In this document: positions 61,408 through 64,000 of the stretch, piece by piece
Layout of the letters: each line of letters opens with the position of its first letter
Numbering within the stretch: the first letter of the stretch is position 1
Origin: an uncultured Thiotrichaceae bacterium
GTDB lineage: Bacteria; Pseudomonadota; Gammaproteobacteria; SZUA-229
Reading direction: 5' to 3'
Assembly (NCBI GenBank): GCA_964600755.1
Contig: CAZRKQ010000019.1
Span: forward strand, 482-64,481
DNA length: 64,000 bases
Translations under genes and position numbers: made by a program
The notes under the pieces: model-generated
Database searches by the model: none
Seen by the model: the letters and a program-made list of their open reading frames with translations, nothing else
Told to the model about the DNA's origin: nothing

Positions 61408-62490
61408 CTAGCGAACCTTCAATGAAGCCAGTCCGATCAACACCAATACCACTGTTATGATCCAGAAACGTACGATCACTCTCGGCTCCGGCCACCCCTT
61501 TAATTCAAAATGATGATGCAATGGCGCCATACGAAATATCCTTTTGCCAGTTAGCTTATAAGAGCCCACCTGCAAGATGACAGATACTGTTTCCATCACG
61601 AATACGCCACCCATAATCAGTAATACAATCTCCTGCCTTACCAGCACAGCCACCACACCCAGTGCAGCGCCAAGCGCAAGCGCGCCGACATCACCCATAA
61701 ATACCTGTGCCGGATAGGTGTTGAACCACAGGAACCCAAGTCCGGCGCCAACCAGTGAACCGCAAAATATTGCAAGCTCACCAACACCCGATATATATGG
61801 AATACCGAGGTAATTCGCAAAAGTGGAGTGCCCGGTCGCATAAGCAAAAACACCCAGCGCTCCAGCGACCATAACAGTCGGCATTATTGCGAGGCCATCG
61901 AGACCGTCAGTGAGGTTGACCGCATTACTTGAACCAACGATGACGAAATAGGTAAACACGATAAAAAACCAGCCCATGTCAACAACAACATCTTTTAAAA
62001 ACGGCATTATTAATGATGTTTCTATTGGAGTGTCTGCAAGCTGATAGAGAAAGATGGCAACGCCAAGCCCAAACACTGATTGCCAGAAATATTTTACTTT
62101 TGCAGACAGGCCTTTTGAATTGCCATAAAGCAGTTTCCTATAATCATCAACGCCGCCAATCAGTCCAAACAATAAAGTAACAATTAAAGTTACCCACATC
62201 TGGTAATTATTCAGGTCACTCCACAACAGGGTACTGATAGCGATTGATATCAGAATCAATGAACCGCCCATTGTCGGCGTGCCCGCCTTGGACAAATGTG
62301 TCTGCGGCCCATCATCCCGCACCTGCTGACCAATTTTATAACTGGTCAGTTTGCGAATCATTGAGGGCCCTATTATCAGCGACAGGACCAGTGCGGTTAT
62401 CGTTCCCAGGATGGCCCGAAGCGTCAGGTACTGGAATACATTGAAGCCGCTATAAAACTGTTCCAGAAATTCTGTTATATACAACAGCAT
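61408..62490 (-). CDS. mraY: phospho-N-acetylmuramoyl-pentapeptide transferase
   Basis: Length is 360 aa with ten TM helices. MraY motifs DDYRK and [13 protein letters not shown] are present. Confidence 0.95.
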   Translation of the reverse strand: MLLYITEFLEQFYSGFNVFQYLTLRAILGTITALVLSLIIGPSMIRKLTSYKIGQQVRDDGPQTHLSKAGTPTMGGSLILISIAISTLLWSDLNNYQMWVTLIVTLLFGLIGGVDDYRKLLYGNSKGLSAKVKYFWQSVFGLGVAIFLYQLADTPIETSLIMPFLKDVVVDMGWFFIVFTYFVIVGSSNAVNLTDGLDGLAIMPTVMVAGALGVFAYATGHSTFANYLGIPYISGVGELAIFCGSLVGAGLGFLWFNTYPAQVFMGDVGALALGAALGVVAVLVRQEIVLLIMGGVFVMETVSVILQVGSYKLTGKRIFRMAPLHHHFELKGWPEPRVIVRFWIITVVLVLIGLASLKVR

Positions 62491-63869
62491 TAGTGAGCCT
62501 CCTGTGCATTATGCTCATCAACTAGCGCATTGACTATTTGCTCCATGCCCATACTGCGTGAGCCTTTTACCAGCACAACTGAATTCTCAGTAATACCCTG
62601 CTCAAGCTGCTTGATCAGTTGCTGACGGTCTTGAAAAAATTGCGCATCCTGGCCAAACGATTCCACTGCAAAACGTGCCAGATCACCGGTTGCGAGTAAA
62701 TGTTTTACACCGATTGCACGCGCCTGCTCACCTACTTTACGATGAAGCTCCTCTTTCTCATCACCGAGCTCGGCCATGTCGCCCAGAACAAGCCATGTAT
62801 CAGCTTCACTGGCAACCAGCACATTCATTGCCGCGTTCAGTGAAAGCGGGTTTGCGTTGTAAGTATCATTGATAATTCGCGCGCCGCCTGATGAGTAGCA
62901 CGTAGCAAGCCTTCCTGATACACCGCTAAATGCACCCAGCCCCTTGATTATGTCGTCAAGACTGATTCCCAGCGCAACAGCGACTGCTGCTGCAGCAAGC
63001 GCATTCATAACATTATGCTGACCAGGGACGGCAAGCTGCACCACCCCGTCACCCTGTGGTGTTTTGATTTGTATTTCGGTTTTGTCGTTTACCTGCGTGA
63101 TAACTGCATGCACGTCAGCCGACTCGTCCTGTATCGAAAACGTGATCACGCTTTTATCACCATTCAATTTATTGCAAACACCTCTCCAGTAATCTGCATA
63201 CACATCGTCAGCATTAATTACAGCCGTGCCTCCATCAGCGATTCCTGAATAGATTTCAGCCTTGGAACTTGCAACTTTTTCAATTGAACCGAATCCCTCA
63301 AGATGAGCAGGACCGGCATTGGTAATGACCGCAACATGAGGATTGGCGATGTGTGTCAGATAATCAATTTCACCAGGATGATTTGCGCCCATCTCTATTA
63401 CAGCAAACCGGTGCTGCTCTCGCAGGTTTAATAAAGTTATTGGCATGCCAATGTCATTATTAAGATTACCCACCGTAGATAACACATGATCAGCGCCCGC
63501 TGCATGTTCCAGTATGCTCCGTGTCATTTCCTTGACAGTGGTTTTACCGTTACTGCCAGTGATGCCAGCGACCTTCCCGGCAAAACGTTGCCGCCAATTC
63601 GCGGCAAGTTCACCGAGCGCCAGCCTTGTATCGTTGACACATATTTGCGGTAATTGAACAGACTGATGTTCACTCACGAGTGCACCTGAAGCGCCAGCAA
63701 CACCGGCCTTCTCTACAAACTCGTGACCATCGAAGTGTTCGCCCTTGATGGCCACATAAAGTGAACCAGTTAGAATATCGCGAGTGTCCTTCGACACAGA
63801 AGTAAACAACACATCTCCGCCAACCAACTCACCGTTTAGCGCATTGGCTGCCTGTGACATCAGCATCAT
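62490..63869 (-). CDS. murF: UDP-N-acetylmuramoyl-tripeptide--D-alanyl-D-alanine ligase
   Basis: Length is 459 aa. The Mur ligase P-loop [10 protein letters not shown] is present. Confidence 0.9.
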   Translation of the reverse strand: MMLMSQAANALNGELVGGDVLFTSVSKDTRDILTGSLYVAIKGEHFDGHEFVEKAGVAGASGALVSEHQSVQLPQICVNDTRLALGELAANWRQRFAGKVAGITGSNGKTTVKEMTRSILEHAAGADHVLSTVGNLNNDIGMPITLLNLREQHRFAVIEMGANHPGEIDYLTHIANPHVAVITNAGPAHLEGFGSIEKVASSKAEIYSGIADGGTAVINADDVYADYWRGVCNKLNGDKSVITFSIQDESADVHAVITQVNDKTEIQIKTPQGDGVVQLAVPGQHNVMNALAAAAVAVALGISLDDIIKGLGAFSGVSGRLATCYSSGGARIINDTYNANPLSLNAAMNVLVASEADTWLVLGDMAELGDEKEELHRKVGEQARAIGVKHLLATGDLARFAVESFGQDAQFFQDRQQLIKQLEQGITENSVVLVKGSRSMGMEQIVNALVDEHNAQEAH

Positions 63870-64000
63870 TCGTCCACTCCTGCATTGCGCTCTTCAAGCA
63901 ATGCACGGGCAACATCGCGGTCATCAAAGCCAATGTACGTGTCTCCAACTATCTGACAGGATTCATGCCCCTTGCCGGCAATCAGAATGACATCGTCTGC
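63866..64000 (-). CDS. murE: UDP-N-acetylmuramoyl-L-alanyl-D-glutamate--2,6-diaminopimelate ligase, C-terminal fragment truncated by the window edge
   Basis: The reverse-strand translation reads [44 protein letters not shown]. Its stop overlaps the murF start. Confidence 0.7.
   Translation of the reverse strand, partial: ADDVILIAGKGHESCQIVGDTYIGFDDRDVARALLEERNAGVDE

Noticed and set aside
1-64000. CRISPR arrays, transposases or integrases, retron- or intron-like reverse transcriptases, toxin-antitoxin pairs and known defence-system signatures.
   Set aside because: I found no short direct-repeat and spacer arrays. No ORF has DDE, tyrosine or serine recombinase motifs, or RT motifs. The repeats present are inverted-repeat hairpin elements, not CRISPR.

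Overview
This 64-kb window is mostly conserved gammaproteobacterial core chromosome, with synteny resembling Pseudomonas and Xanthomonas. It is moderately AT-rich. Genes are called from the supplied six-frame ORF track and my own reading of the DNA; homologies are recalled from memory, not searched.

Gene order runs tRNA-Thr, SPOR-coaX-birA, a TfoX-N protein with a POT transporter, glnS, then tyrS with an M23 peptidase, anmK, a citrate synthase, erpA, a bactofilin and argC. After that come hemJ, rppH, dcd, mrp/apbC divergent from metG, a PleD-like diguanylate cyclase, a rhodanese, and pgeF-rluD divergent from bamD. Next are nadE, a complete type IV pilus locus (PP0621-pilS-pilR, two pilin genes, pilB-pilC-pilD), coaE, zapD, a Nudix fusion, argJ, secA, an M23 peptidase, a DUF721 gene and lpxC. 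The window ends with the dcw cluster from ftsZ back to a partial murE.

The non-core content is small. There is a PEP-CTERM protein gene with a long AT-rich leader, a HAD-IB hydrolase, several hypothetical membrane or secreted proteins, and a remnant PQQ-dependent dehydrogenase pseudogene. Downstream of tyrS sits a truncated CCA-adding-enzyme paralogue with its catalytic motifs replaced, apparently coupled to a secreted protein.

The clearest non-genic signal is a dense family of inverted-repeat elements, about 100 to 290 bp long, built from periodic GCAAAG/GCAGAG hexamer arrays. Four of the five copies end in a conserved 34-nt terminal sequence. Two further MITE-like elements with 20- to 32-bp perfect terminal inverted repeats are also present. 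All of these sit in intergenic gaps, all but one (element D) between convergent genes.

The pilus locus is unusual in three ways: the major pilin has no cysteine, a second pilin is predicted to be cleaved to give a mature N-terminal Tyr, and pilS and pilD lack canonical ATG starts.

No CRISPR array, transposase, integrase or recognisable defence system is visible. I cannot name a complete novel multi-gene system with confidence. The dead CCA-like operon and the hexamer-array repeat family are the best candidates for something undescribed.
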